Of a stretch of DNA of 64,000 nt, positions 37,829 through 47,446 are shown piece by piece. How positions within the stretch are numbered: the stretch's first letter is position 1; each line of letters opens with the position of its first letter. Location of the stretch: positions 1,698 to 65,697 of the forward strand of contig CAYSLU010000021.1 in NCBI GenBank assembly GCA_964431965.1, in the 5' to 3' direction. The stretch comes from an uncultured Verrucomicrobiota bacterium (GTDB taxonomy: Bacteria; Verrucomicrobiota; Kiritimatiellia; CAIKKV01; CAYSLU01). The notes under the pieces are model-generated. The model did not search any database, was not told the origin of the DNA, and saw nothing but the letters and a program-made list of their open reading frames with translations. The position numbers and the translations under genes were made by a program.

Positions 37829-39151
37829 TCATGCTCTGGACGCCGACGAATCGGGCTGCATGCGTCGGCGATTGTGCTCTGTCAGTCGGGCACGATAGGC
37901 CGACAGGTCGATGCCGGGTTTGGCCGCGCCGGAGCTGATAGCCGCCTCGGCCACGGCGGCGGATATTTCGACGAACAGCCGCCGGTCGAACGGCTTGGGG
38001 ATGATGTAGCCCGCGCCGAATCCGAGCTCTTCCCGGGGGTACAGAGCCTGGACCTCCGGTGGCACCTCGAGCTTGGCCAGGGACGCGAGCGCGCGGGACG
38101 CGGCTGTCTTCATGGCCATATTGATTGTCCGGCTCCGGGCGTCGAGCGCACCCCGGAACAGGAACGGGAATCCCAGCACGTTGTTGATCTGATTGGGGAA
38201 GTCCGAGCGGCCCGTGGCCATGACGTACGGGGCGTTTCCCAAGGCCTGGGAGACCAGCTCCGGCCTGATCTCCGGGTCGGGGTTCGCCATGGCGAATATG
38301 GCGGGATAGGTCGACATGGCCCGGACGTGGTCCGGCTTCAGGCAGTCCGCCGCCGAAACGCCGATGAAGACATGCGCGCCCGCCATCGCGTCGGCGAGGG
38401 TTGTGGCGGCCGTGTCCGATGCATGGCGTCGCTTCTCGGCATTCAGGTCGGCCCGCCCGACTCGAATCACGCCCTTCGAGTCGCAGATCACCACGCTCCG
38501 GGCTCCGGCCGCCTTCAGCATGTCGGCGATCCGGATTCCGGCGGCTCCGGCCCCATTGATGACGATGCGGAGCTCGTCCAGACTACGCTGAGACAGCTCC
38601 GCGTAGTTCATGACGCCGGCGAGCGTGATGACGGCGGTCCCCCATTGGTCATCGTGGAAGACGGGTATGTCGAGCAGTTGATCCAGCCGGTCTTCGATCT
38701 CGAAGCAGGCTGGCGCGGCGATGTCTTCGAGGTTGATGCCGCCATACATGGGGGCGATCGCGCAGACGGCGTCGATCACCCGCTGGGGATCGGTGGGGCC
38801 CCGGCTCTGCCCCCCGGCGCGGCAATGCGCGAGCGGAACGGGCCATCCGTCCACATCGCCGAATGACTTGAACAGCACCGCCTTGCCTTCCATGACGGGG
38901 ATGCTGGCCTCGGCGCCTAGGTCGCCCAGACCCAGAATGGCCGTTCCGTCCGTGACGACGGCCACCAAGTTGCCCTTTGCGGTGTATTCCCAGATGGAGT
39001 CGGGACGCGCGGCGATCTCGCGAACCGGAACCGCGACGCCGGGCGTGTAGGCCTTGCACAAGTCGTTCAGGCTGGCCAGGGGGCGGGTCGCTCGCATGCC
39101 AACCTTGCCGCCGTGATGGTACGAGAGAATGTCCTCGCGGCTGATGCTCAT
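37829..39151 (-). CDS. NAD(P)-dependent malic enzyme (short form, no PTA domain)
   Basis: [51 protein letters not shown]. Confidence 0.93.
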   Translation of the reverse strand: MSISREDILSYHHGGKVGMRATRPLASLNDLCKAYTPGVAVPVREIAARPDSIWEYTAKGNLVAVVTDGTAILGLGDLGAEASIPVMEGKAVLFKSFGDVDGWPVPLAHCRAGGQSRGPTDPQRVIDAVCAIAPMYGGINLEDIAAPACFEIEDRLDQLLDIPVFHDDQWGTAVITLAGVMNYAELSQRSLDELRIVINGAGAAGIRIADMLKAAGARSVVICDSKGVIRVGRADLNAEKRRHASDTAATTLADAMAGAHVFIGVSAADCLKPDHVRAMSTYPAIFAMANPDPEIRPELVSQALGNAPYVMATGRSDFPNQINNVLGFPFLFRGALDARSRTINMAMKTAASRALASLAKLEVPPEVQALYPREELGFGAGYIIPKPFDRRLFVEISAAVAEAAISSGAAKPGIDLSAYRARLTEHNRRRMQPDSSASRA

Positions 39152-39186
39152 GTCCGTGCTCTCCCTCTATGTGCGGATCGCGATGG

Positions 39187-39215
39187 ACAGTAGCGGCCCG
39201 GAGGATGCGGGTCAA
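39187..39215 (-). promoter_or_regulatory. sigma70-like promoter of malic enzyme-gmhB
   Basis: TTGACC-N17-TACTGT on - strand, upstream of GGAGAG RBS. Confidence 0.55.
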
Positions 39216-39267
39216 GACCCGGTCGGATCGGTTCGTCCGGATCGGATGGCGTGCGGCAGGGCTGGAT

Positions 39268-40290
39268 CTACGAGGCCGAGCCGGCGGCTCCGCGGATATA
39301 GGCTGTCGTGCTGAAGGATCCCTCCATGGGGCAGAAGGCGACGCGGCCGCCCCACGACGAAAGCAGGGATTCCTCCTCGCGCACGCGATCCGGCTCGTAG
39401 GACCCGCCCTTGACGTGGACCGCGGGCTGGAGGCGGCGGATCAGGTCCAAGGGCTTGTCCTCTGCGAACGCATACACGGCGGAGACCGACTCGAGCGAGC
39501 GGAGCGCCGCCGCCCGGAAGGAGAGGGGGAAGACCGGCCTCGTCGGCCCCTTGTATCGGCGTACCGACTCGTCGCTATTGAGCAGCACCGCCAGCTCGCT
39601 TCCCATCGTGCGAGCTTGGGCGAGGAAGCGGAGATGTCCGACGTGGAGGATATCGAAGCATCCGTTCGCCGTGACTCGCCGCGCCGGGGGCGTCGGCGGA
39701 GCCGGAGGAGGGGAGTCGACGGCCTCCGGGATGCCCGCCGGCCACGTTACCGGCAGCGGAAACGGGCCCTCGCTCAGGCGGGCGATGATCTCCCGGGTGG
39801 AGCAACCGGCGACGGCGGGCACATCGATCCGGACCGTCGCTTCCGCGGCGGCGCACTCGGATGATGGATCCGGCGATCCGTGCGCCGGTCCAGTGACCCA
39901 CGCGAAGGGCTTCAGCTCGCGCAGCAGGCTGCGGGCGCAGTCCGGCTCGGCGGCTGTGACGGCCGAGACCTGCCGAAGGTGCGTCAGCGCCTCTGCCCGG
40001 TCGCTGAATGCATTCCGGGGCTTGTTGGCTCCGAGGTCCGAATCGTCCGGGGTGAGAAGGACCGATACATGGGACGCATGTCGCGCAGCCAAGACCAGCG
40101 TCAGAAGGTTCCCGGGCTGTAGGATGTCGAACGTTCCGACTACGACGGCGCGGAGCGGATACCGGCGGGCGTCGTTGATAAGTTGCGAAGGGGTGACCAG
40201 CTTGACTCGGGGCTCTGGGGTAACGGACATGAGCGCTGGTCCACCCCCGGGTTCCGCAAGGGTTCCGTGGATCCGAAAAAGCGGCTTCAC
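39268..40290 (-). CDS. Tandem cytidylyl/adenylyltransferase (RfaE/HldE domain II-like) protein; start may be 40230
   Basis: Repeat 1 GTFDILQPGN (degenerate), repeat 2 NGCFDILHVGH..NSDESVRRYKGPTRP..KGGSY..STT. Confidence 0.8.
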   Translation of the reverse strand: MKPLFRIHGTLAEPGGGPALMSVTPEPRVKLVTPSQLINDARRYPLRAVVVGTFDILQPGNLLTLVLAARHASHVSVLLTPDDSDLGANKPRNAFSDRAEALTHLRQVSAVTAAEPDCARSLLRELKPFAWVTGPAHGSPDPSSECAAAEATVRIDVPAVAGCSTREIIARLSEGPFPLPVTWPAGIPEAVDSPPPAPPTPPARRVTANGCFDILHVGHLRFLAQARTMGSELAVLLNSDESVRRYKGPTRPVFPLSFRAAALRSLESVSAVYAFAEDKPLDLIRRLQPAVHVKGGSYEPDRVREEESLLSSWGGRVAFCPMEGSFSTTAYIRGAAGSAS

Positions 40291-40308
40291 AGCCCGCGGA
40301 GGCGTTCG

Positions 40309-40677
40309 TCACACCAGACATTTCTGGCGCTGATCGACGTACTCCTCCCAAGTCTGAAGGCTGTTTCCTGTCGGAGTGGTGAACTCCACGCCGACGGAGA
40401 ACGGCTCGCTGTCCGATCCCCGCCTCACCCAGCGGACTACGCCGCTGTGCGTCAGCGTCTTCAGCGGATCTTTCAGGGCGATATGAATCGTGAAGTCGGT
40501 ATTGACGGGTATGAAATTCCGGTTTCGGAATCGCAATCCGCCTCTGGATATGTCCTGAGTCAGATGAAAGAACATATGGCTGCGCTTTGTTCCTTCCTCC
40601 GACGTATATTTCAGGGCTATCGTGTGCTCGTCTCGCAGGCGGGGATAACGCCGCCTTTCCGCGGATGCTGTCTCCAT
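40309..40677 (-). CDS. PilZ-domain (c-di-GMP-binding) protein
   Basis: ERRRYPR and DISRGG motifs, VVRWVR, VGVEF. Confidence 0.88.
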   Translation of the reverse strand: METASAERRRYPRLRDEHTIALKYTSEEGTKRSHMFFHLTQDISRGGLRFRNRNFIPVNTDFTIHIALKDPLKTLTHSGVVRWVRRGSDSEPFSVGVEFTTPTGNSLQTWEEYVDQRQKCLV

Positions 40678-40759
40678 CTTGTACCTCCCTTACAGTGCGA
40701 ATGTAAGGGACGAGAAATCAACCTTCAACTTCAGTATACTAGGGCGAGCGGCTCGAATA

Positions 40760-41560
40760 TCAAGATATTTGTTTTTCCACCTTCAGGCCGACCAGGCGGC
40801 GGAGCATGGTGAGGGGCCCGACGCGCCGGCCGGCGATTCTCCACGTCCCGGCGGGCTGTCCGAGCAGTCGGCGAAGGGCTTGGGCAGGATGGTCCGCATC
40901 GAACGGCTGATCGGAGACGATGCCGTACGAACCCATGGTGCGCTCCTGGCCGGAGAGCGGCAGCGGATCCGACCCGGCTACAACAGAGAGCCCGCGGTCC
41001 TGCGCTCGCCGGTAGGCGGCCGGCTCGGTCCAGCCGGTGCAGCGGAGCGATGTGTCTCCGATCAGCAGGGCTCCCGGGCTTGCCTCATCGATCAGCTCTT
41101 GCACCAGCCTGCCGCGCCGGCCGAACCATTTTCCAGGCGCCCAGCTGGCGACCGGTATTCCCCCGGCCATTCGAATGCGATCCGCTACTTCCCGGGCCGG
41201 CAGGCGATCCAGATCCGTCGGGGCCGAGGCCAGAGAGAGGAGTTCGATCCGCTCGCCGGTAACCACCTGCCGTCCGGCCACCAACAGGATATCGCGCATC
41301 CCTGCCGCGCTGATGCGTATGGCGTCGCCGTCTCCGGTCCGGCTGACGGAGAATCCCGCCGGTAGCGTTCCGCTGTCGCCACGGCGCAGCCGGCAGAAGG
41401 CGTCGGTCGACGATCCGTCCGTCAGCACGGCGACCCGCTCGGCCGGGGTAGATCCCGGGGGGGCGAGTGCGTCGAGATTGCGAGACAAGTGACGGAAGGC
41501 GAGGGCCGGATCGTATCGGGAGTACAGATGGACGTGGCAGTCGATACACGTCGAGGTCAC
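40760..41560 (-). CDS. PHP-like hypothetical protein with partly degenerate metal ligands
   Basis: IDCHVHLY, LTD, GRQV, AGSDP; GTGA overlap with upstream gene. Confidence 0.55.
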   Translation of the reverse strand: MTSTCIDCHVHLYSRYDPALAFRHLSRNLDALAPPGSTPAERVAVLTDGSSTDAFCRLRRGDSGTLPAGFSVSRTGDGDAIRISAAGMRDILLVAGRQVVTGERIELLSLASAPTDLDRLPAREVADRIRMAGGIPVASWAPGKWFGRRGRLVQELIDEASPGALLIGDTSLRCTGWTEPAAYRRAQDRGLSVVAGSDPLPLSGQERTMGSYGIVSDQPFDADHPAQALRRLLGQPAGTWRIAGRRVGPLTMLRRLVGLKVEKQIS

Positions 41561-42387
41561 GGCTTGTCCTCGGCCGTCGCGGCCTTCCAGTTGCAGAGCG
41601 CCTTCCAGATGGCGGCGTGGGCCTGGCGAACAACAGCCTCCGCCTGCTGCTCTTGCTGACGGCGGACGGACGCGCCATGGGTGTGGGCGAGCAGCACGAG
41701 GGTGTCCTCGTCCGCCCACACGGGCTGCCGCAGCTTGAGAAACGTGGCGATGTCGCACCGCGCATTGTTCCACTTCACTTGAAGGAACTGCCTAAAGTTG
41801 CTGACGGGGTTGCGAAAGCTGGACAGCGTCAGGCCGCGCGGGATCCAGCTGGGGTCATCGCGGGCCGATATTCGAGGGAACGCCATGGAGCGAATGTCGA
41901 TGTGCGCCGGCCGGTAGTCAACGGCGCGAGCCATGGCGGTGATCCAGACGGAGGAATCTCCGCTTTCAGACGTGAGTCGCCATGCCTGCGTCCCGTCCGT
42001 GCTCGCGTCGTCCTTGAGATTCTCAACCGTATAGCCCTTGATCTTCATGCACATGGGCATGTTGTAGCCGTGTACCAGGCGAATGACGATCGTGCCCCGC
42101 CAGCCGGAGGCCGGATGGGCGGCATAGGCGAGGAGGTTGGGGGCGGTCGGATCATGGACTTCAACTGCGATGGGCTGGAAGACCCATTCGGGAGCGGATG
42201 GCGCGAACGTTCGGAAATCGGCCGACGTCAGCTCGAACGGCTCGAACGGCCTGGAGCTGCGCTGCGCCATGATCTCCCAGAATCCGACGAGGACGACGCA
42301 TACGGCCAGCAGGATGGGGATCCGCCACGACCGTGCTGTCGTGGCTCGAGGGTCCGGGTTGCCGGGGGTGCCCGATTGAGCGCTCAT
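41557..42387 (-). CDS. EpsI-like exosortase-associated periplasmic protein
   Basis: Single N-terminal TM; HGYNMPMCMKIKGY resembles the EpsI HxPxxCxxxxGW motif; operon context. Confidence 0.55.
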   Translation of the reverse strand: MSAQSGTPGNPDPRATTARSWRIPILLAVCVVLVGFWEIMAQRSSRPFEPFELTSADFRTFAPSAPEWVFQPIAVEVHDPTAPNLLAYAAHPASGWRGTIVIRLVHGYNMPMCMKIKGYTVENLKDDASTDGTQAWRLTSESGDSSVWITAMARAVDYRPAHIDIRSMAFPRISARDDPSWIPRGLTLSSFRNPVSNFRQFLQVKWNNARCDIATFLKLRQPVWADEDTLVLLAHTHGASVRRQQEQQAEAVVRQAHAAIWKALCNWKAATAEDKP

Positions 42388-43691
42388 CAGTAGTACGCCA
42401 AGTTCAGCAGGACGATCGACACATAAATATAGATCACGCTGACGATCGAAGCGATGGTGTTTCCGACCATCACATCCCGACGCGTGTCGTAGAAGGCGGC
42501 GGTCTCCGCCGGGAGCATCTGCTGGGCGATGAGCGGGATCGAGTTGAGCAGGGCGATCAGGAAGAATATCGGGTAGACCCATGACCGGCTGAGGAAGTAG
42601 GCGGAGGCCATGAATCCGGAAAACGTGATGAGGCAGACGCCGGTGAATCGGCGCATGAACCGCTCCTCCGGGTCGCGGGGCGCGGCGAAGGCCAGACGCA
42701 CTCGCCAGCAGCCGAGAGCCCCCAGGAGCAGCAGGCCGAACCAGAACCAGTATCCGACCAAGCCGATCTCCGTATAGCACGCTACGAACGCATTGTGTGC
42801 GGCGCGGTCGCTGGCGACCGTGTAGAACATTCCGTAACCGATGCCGAACAGGACGTTGTGCTTGAAGACCTCGTTCGCCATTCCCCAGAAGACCACGCGT
42901 TCCTGGGCCGACATATCGAGCATCGCACCGCCCTTTGTTCCCGCCAGCACCAAACCAACCACGAGCATAATTCCGACGGCGCGCGGGAACACCCGCTCGG
43001 GCAGGCGGAGCAGCACGACGATGCCGCCCGCCGTGGCGAGACCGACGAGGCCGCCGCGCGAGTGCGTCGACAGGAAGGCCGGCATCAGCAGCAGGGCGCA
43101 TAGCAGGCTGCAGGCAATGAACCAGAGGACCGACATCCGGCGCGGGATCCCGAATGCCAGCGACATGGCGGCGGCCAGCACCTGCGCCATGTCGTTCGGG
43201 TCTCCGAATATCCCGAAGAACTGGGTGCGGATCTGCATCTCGCCGCTGGGCTTCGTGATGAACAAGGGCTCGCCGCCCGCGAAGCCGCTGCCGGTCTCCT
43301 GCTGTCTCAGGGCGTGTACGGCCATGATGCAGGCGCCCAAGACCAGGACGGCGGCGAACATGCGGAGCCGAGACGGGCGGTCGAGAACGCACAGCAACAG
43401 CAGCGTGAAGAAGCAGATCTTTCCCGTGTCGGGCAGCGTCTCGATGATTCCCCCGACATAGGTGTGGGGGATATGACTGAACCCGGACATGAGCCACAGG
43501 CCGAAGAGCAGGGTGATGGCGGGGGTCTTGGGGAATCGGATCTTGCCCTGCTGGATTTCCATCAGCAGCGCCAGCAGCGCCGTGTATACCACGGCATCGA
43601 GCAGGGGCCATCCCTCCAGCTGCGGGACCAGCCATTCCTGCGGTCTCCAGAAGACGAGGATGACGAAAACGATGGTGAGGAAGAACGTCAT
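42387..43691 (-). CDS. O-antigen ligase / O-oligosaccharyltransferase-like membrane protein
   Basis: GIFGDPNDMAQ, THSRGG, FGIGYG, AAHNAFV..EIGLVG. Confidence 0.82.
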   Translation of the reverse strand: MTFFLTIVFVILVFWRPQEWLVPQLEGWPLLDAVVYTALLALLMEIQQGKIRFPKTPAITLLFGLWLMSGFSHIPHTYVGGIIETLPDTGKICFFTLLLLCVLDRPSRLRMFAAVLVLGACIMAVHALRQQETGSGFAGGEPLFITKPSGEMQIRTQFFGIFGDPNDMAQVLAAAMSLAFGIPRRMSVLWFIACSLLCALLLMPAFLSTHSRGGLVGLATAGGIVVLLRLPERVFPRAVGIMLVVGLVLAGTKGGAMLDMSAQERVVFWGMANEVFKHNVLFGIGYGMFYTVASDRAAHNAFVACYTEIGLVGYWFWFGLLLLGALGCWRVRLAFAAPRDPEERFMRRFTGVCLITFSGFMASAYFLSRSWVYPIFFLIALLNSIPLIAQQMLPAETAAFYDTRRDVMVGNTIASIVSVIYIYVSIVLLNLAYY

Positions 43692-43712
43692 GGCGCTAAC
43701 ACGGCTTCCGCG

Positions 43713-45137
43713 TCACCGAACGTAGCGCTCCATGCCGAACAGCACGATGCGCGTGGTACGGAGAATGATCTGCAGATCCAGCGGGATCGACAGATTCTTG
43801 ATGTAGTACATGTCGAATTCAAGCTTGCGGCGGGCATCTTCGAAGCTGCTTCCGTATGGGTACCGAATCTGGGCCCATCCCGTCAACCCGGGCAGCACGT
43901 TTTCGCGCTCGCGATAGTAGGGGATGCGCTTCTCCAACTCGGCCACGAGCTCCGGGCGCTCCGGCCGGGGCCCCACGATGCTCATGTCGCCCCGGATCAC
44001 GTTGATCAGCTGAGGCAGTTCATCCAGCCGGAACCGCCTCAGCACGTGGCCGATTCGAGTGATGCGAGCGTCGTCGGCGGGCGACCACATCACGCCGGAT
44101 TGCGCCTCGGCCTGGTCGACCATCGTCCGGAACTTGTACATGCGGAACGGCGCGCCGAACCGACCGACCCGGATCTGGCTGTAGAGGATCGGACTGCGGG
44201 GTGCGCTGAGCTTGAGGGCGGCCGCAATGACGAGCGCGAGCGGGACGGCCAGAGCGCCGCCGACGAACGACGTGACGAGATCGACGAAGCGCTTGATGCG
44301 GGAGGTCACCGGCGTCGCTGTCGCCATGCAGGCCTCCGTCAGCCATGACTCGTCGATCAAGTCGAGCGGGATGCGTCCGTTGTATATCTCGGTGGCGTTC
44401 AGGGCGTTGAGAACGAGGACGCCTTCGAAGCGCAACCGACGCAGCTGGGGGTAGATCAGGGCCGCGCGTTCCTGAGGCTCGATTCCGATGATGATGACCT
44501 GCACTCCGAGGCTGCGGAGGACGTCGGTCAGCGTGTCCGGCTGGACGTGTATTGCTGCGACACGGTCGATCGTTTCGCTGGGGGCGGTGGCGGCGGTGCG
44601 CCGGTCTGTCAGGCTGATGAAGGCGGACACGCGATGGATAGGCCGGATGAACTCGTTCTCGACCATCTGTCGGATGCTGGTTGCCAGCTCGCCGGTGCCG
44701 ATGACTGCAACGCGGTAGGCGAACATCGGGCTGCGCAGGATGAAGCGGTAGAGCGCGACGGTCATCAGCAGCCAGAGAAGGGAATAGATGCCCATCGCCA
44801 GCAGCAGGGTGCCGCGGCCGAGCAGCGTTTGAAACCAGGCATACGACGTCATGCTGACGATCAGGATGGCCACCAGGAGCGAGAAGGCCCAGTTCACGAC
44901 CAGGTTGAACCGCGACACGCGGAGCTGGATGCCGTATGTGCCGGCGATGTAGTTGACCAAAACGATGCTGCCGCAGAAGAAGAGCCAGCCGTCGAGTCGG
45001 TCGATCAGGTAGCCAGGAAGGGAGTCGAGGCCGAATCGGATGGTGATTCCGGAGATGACGCCGACGGCTAGGCAGAAGGCGTTGAGAAGCGCCATCCAGA
45101 GGGTCTGCCCGCCGAGGTGATCGCGCGAGACATTCAC
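43713..45137 (-). CDS. Priming sugar transferase of PEP-CTERM/EPS type; GTG start at 45137 preferred (ORF extends to 45203)
   Basis: FRMYKFRTM, DARITRIG, RLDELPQL, VGPRPERP, PGLTGWAQIRYPYG, KLEFDMYYIKN. Confidence 0.92.
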   Translation of the reverse strand: MNVSRDHLGGQTLWMALLNAFCLAVGVISGITIRFGLDSLPGYLIDRLDGWLFFCGSIVLVNYIAGTYGIQLRVSRFNLVVNWAFSLLVAILIVSMTSYAWFQTLLGRGTLLLAMGIYSLLWLLMTVALYRFILRSPMFAYRVAVIGTGELATSIRQMVENEFIRPIHRVSAFISLTDRRTAATAPSETIDRVAAIHVQPDTLTDVLRSLGVQVIIIGIEPQERAALIYPQLRRLRFEGVLVLNALNATEIYNGRIPLDLIDESWLTEACMATATPVTSRIKRFVDLVTSFVGGALAVPLALVIAAALKLSAPRSPILYSQIRVGRFGAPFRMYKFRTMVDQAEAQSGVMWSPADDARITRIGHVLRRFRLDELPQLINVIRGDMSIVGPRPERPELVAELEKRIPYYRERENVLPGLTGWAQIRYPYGSSFEDARRKLEFDMYYIKNLSIPLDLQIILRTTRIVLFGMERYVR

Positions 45138-45139
45138 GG

Positions 45140-47434
45140 TTACTCCGTCGGGAGAAACGTTTTCCGGATCCAGCGCATGGCTGAACGTCGGCGTGAATCC
45201 CACTTGCGGTCTCGCGGCGTCCGGCGTCCGGTGACGCCCGCCTCGTCATGAAGATAGTAGTCGTACCCGTATGCGTACGCGTAGCTGTAGTATGCGTAGT
45301 TCGGATACTGGTAGGCATAGTACAGGCTGCTGATGCGGTGCATTTCGATGCTGTTGACGATCAGCCCGATGACGTGCGCGTCCTCGAGCATGTCGATCGA
45401 GTAGCGGATCGTGGACTTCGGGGTCCGGTTGGCATGGGCCACGTAGATTACGGAGCACAGCTGCGGGGAAGCCAGAATCACCGTGTCCGTTATGCGCAGA
45501 ACCGGCGCGCTGTCCATGTAGATCACGTCGAACTCCTCGCGGGCTTCTGCGAGGAAGGCCCGCAGATCGGCCGAATGCAGGAGCTCCGCCGTGTTCTTAT
45601 GGGGCGTACCGGCAGGCGCGAACCAGAGGTTGTCGAAGGCCGTCTTCGCTATGACGTCGCGGAGCGGGCGTTTCTCCTTGAGCATGTCGGTGATCCCGGG
45701 GCTGCGCTCGCGGTCGAGCGACTTGTGCAGCACGCCGCGGCGAAGATCCGCGTCCATCAGCAGCACCTTCCGCCCGGTTCGAGCGGTCATGATGGCCAGG
45801 TTGAGCACGGTGAGCGTCTTGCCTTCCTTGGAGTCGGCGCTGGTGAGCAGGGCCACCTTCTGCCCGGCCTTCTCGAGGGCCGAGATCACGTTTGTGCGGA
45901 GCGCGCGATACGCCTCGGCGGCGCCGGTCGAATGCTCCTCGCTGACGATCGGCCGAATGCGGCTGTGCAGCCCGCTGTGCACCCAGTACGGGACGCCGCC
46001 GAGGAATGGGACGCCGATGAGCGATTCGACGTCGGTGATGGACTGGACCTTGTTGTCGAGCACGTGCGTCAGCAGGGCGAGCCCGAAGCCCGACCCGAGT
46101 CCGGCCATGAGGGTGACCAGCAGGATCTTGAGGGGATCGGGCCAGATCGGCCGGCCGCTGGACCCGATGTCCTCCGCGACCAGGAAGTGCTCGCTCTTGA
46201 GCTCCTCATCGACCTTGAGCTCCTGCAGGCGCGAGTACAGATTTTGGTACATGCTCTCGATGCGGGACACGGCCAGCGAGAGATGGCGCAGGTCCGACTG
46301 CTTCCGGCTCGCCATCAGGTAGGAATCCTGCCAGCGCCGCTCGGCTTGGGCCAGCGCCTCGGATTGGATCGTCAGGGCCTTGCGCCGGGACTTCAGCCGC
46401 TCAAACTCCACGGTGGCGGAGAAATCGAGTTGGCCCTTCATCTCGGCGATCTTGCTCTTGACGGCCTGGATCTCCGGGTGCTCCGGACGGAGCGTCTGCG
46501 TCAGCTCCTGCTCGCGCTGCTGCAGCCGCATCAGCTGGACGCGCAGATCCTGGTAGCGTCCCAGCTCCTCCAAGCGCGAATCCAAGTCGTCTGTTCGTGC
46601 CGGCTGGTCCCGGACTCCGGCCTCCGCGAGGGCCTTGTCGCGGGCGGCTCCGGTCAGCGGCTCGTTCGGCGGGGCCACCGCGCCGGTCTCTCGCGTGAGG
46701 GTATTGACGTCGCGGATCACAAACAGGTCCTCGCCCTTCAGGCGGGGAAACTGGGCGTCGAGCATGTAGATCTCGGAGTTGAGCTGCTGCTGGCGAGACA
46801 TCAGGGCACCCAGATATCCGCGCTCCAGCGACGCCTTGTTCTCGACGTAGGCCATCTGGTGGAGGCGCTCGTATTCCACGACATCCTCTTCGGCCGAGCG
46901 GATGCGATCGCTCAGGCGATCCAGCTCTTCCGAGAGCACGGAAGTGGCCGAGGAATAGGACTCGCGCTTGACGTTGTTGATCTCCTTCTGAAACTCGTCA
47001 AGGAGGGTCTGGAGGAACGCCTGCCCGTAGTGAGGGTTCGTACTCCGCGCGGTGATGGTGATCATATTCAGCGCGCGATCGATGTAGATGTTGACTCCCA
47101 GCCAAAGGGCCGCCTCGCTGCCGACCTCCCGGGCCCAGCGCTCCCGGAGCAGTTGCACCACGCGGACGCGCATCCGCGTGCTGGTGAGAAAGTGGTTATA
47201 CATGTTCATGTTTCGCCACATTTCGCCCTGGTTGGATACCGAGAGGGTCGGGTCGCGATACATCATGACCTTGCAGCTCGCGAGATACTCCTTGGGAACG
47301 ACCTCGAGGTAGAGCACCCCGCCGAGCAGGCAGTACAGGAAGCACACCATGATGAGCTTCCAGCGGAAGAACAGGATGGCGAAGTAGACCCGTGGGTCGA
47401 GCTTCTGCTGTTCCTGCCGTGGAGTAACGGGCAT
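45140..47434 (-). CDS. wzc: Wzc-type polysaccharide co-polymerase / BY tyrosine kinase
   Basis: Two TMs around coiled coils, EAYRALRTN, TSADSKEGKT, DADLRR, DSAP, C-terminal Tyr cluster. Confidence 0.9.
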   Translation of the reverse strand: MPVTPRQEQQKLDPRVYFAILFFRWKLIMVCFLYCLLGGVLYLEVVPKEYLASCKVMMYRDPTLSVSNQGEMWRNMNMYNHFLTSTRMRVRVVQLLRERWAREVGSEAALWLGVNIYIDRALNMITITARSTNPHYGQAFLQTLLDEFQKEINNVKRESYSSATSVLSEELDRLSDRIRSAEEDVVEYERLHQMAYVENKASLERGYLGALMSRQQQLNSEIYMLDAQFPRLKGEDLFVIRDVNTLTRETGAVAPPNEPLTGAARDKALAEAGVRDQPARTDDLDSRLEELGRYQDLRVQLMRLQQREQELTQTLRPEHPEIQAVKSKIAEMKGQLDFSATVEFERLKSRRKALTIQSEALAQAERRWQDSYLMASRKQSDLRHLSLAVSRIESMYQNLYSRLQELKVDEELKSEHFLVAEDIGSSGRPIWPDPLKILLVTLMAGLGSGFGLALLTHVLDNKVQSITDVESLIGVPFLGGVPYWVHSGLHSRIRPIVSEEHSTGAAEAYRALRTNVISALEKAGQKVALLTSADSKEGKTLTVLNLAIMTARTGRKVLLMDADLRRGVLHKSLDRERSPGITDMLKEKRPLRDVIAKTAFDNLWFAPAGTPHKNTAELLHSADLRAFLAEAREEFDVIYMDSAPVLRITDTVILASPQLCSVIYVAHANRTPKSTIRYSIDMLEDAHVIGLIVNSIEMHRISSLYYAYQYPNYAYYSYAYAYGYDYYLHDEAGVTGRRTPRDRKWDSRRRSAMRWIRKTFLPTE

Positions 47435-47446
47435 GAGGTATGTGTC

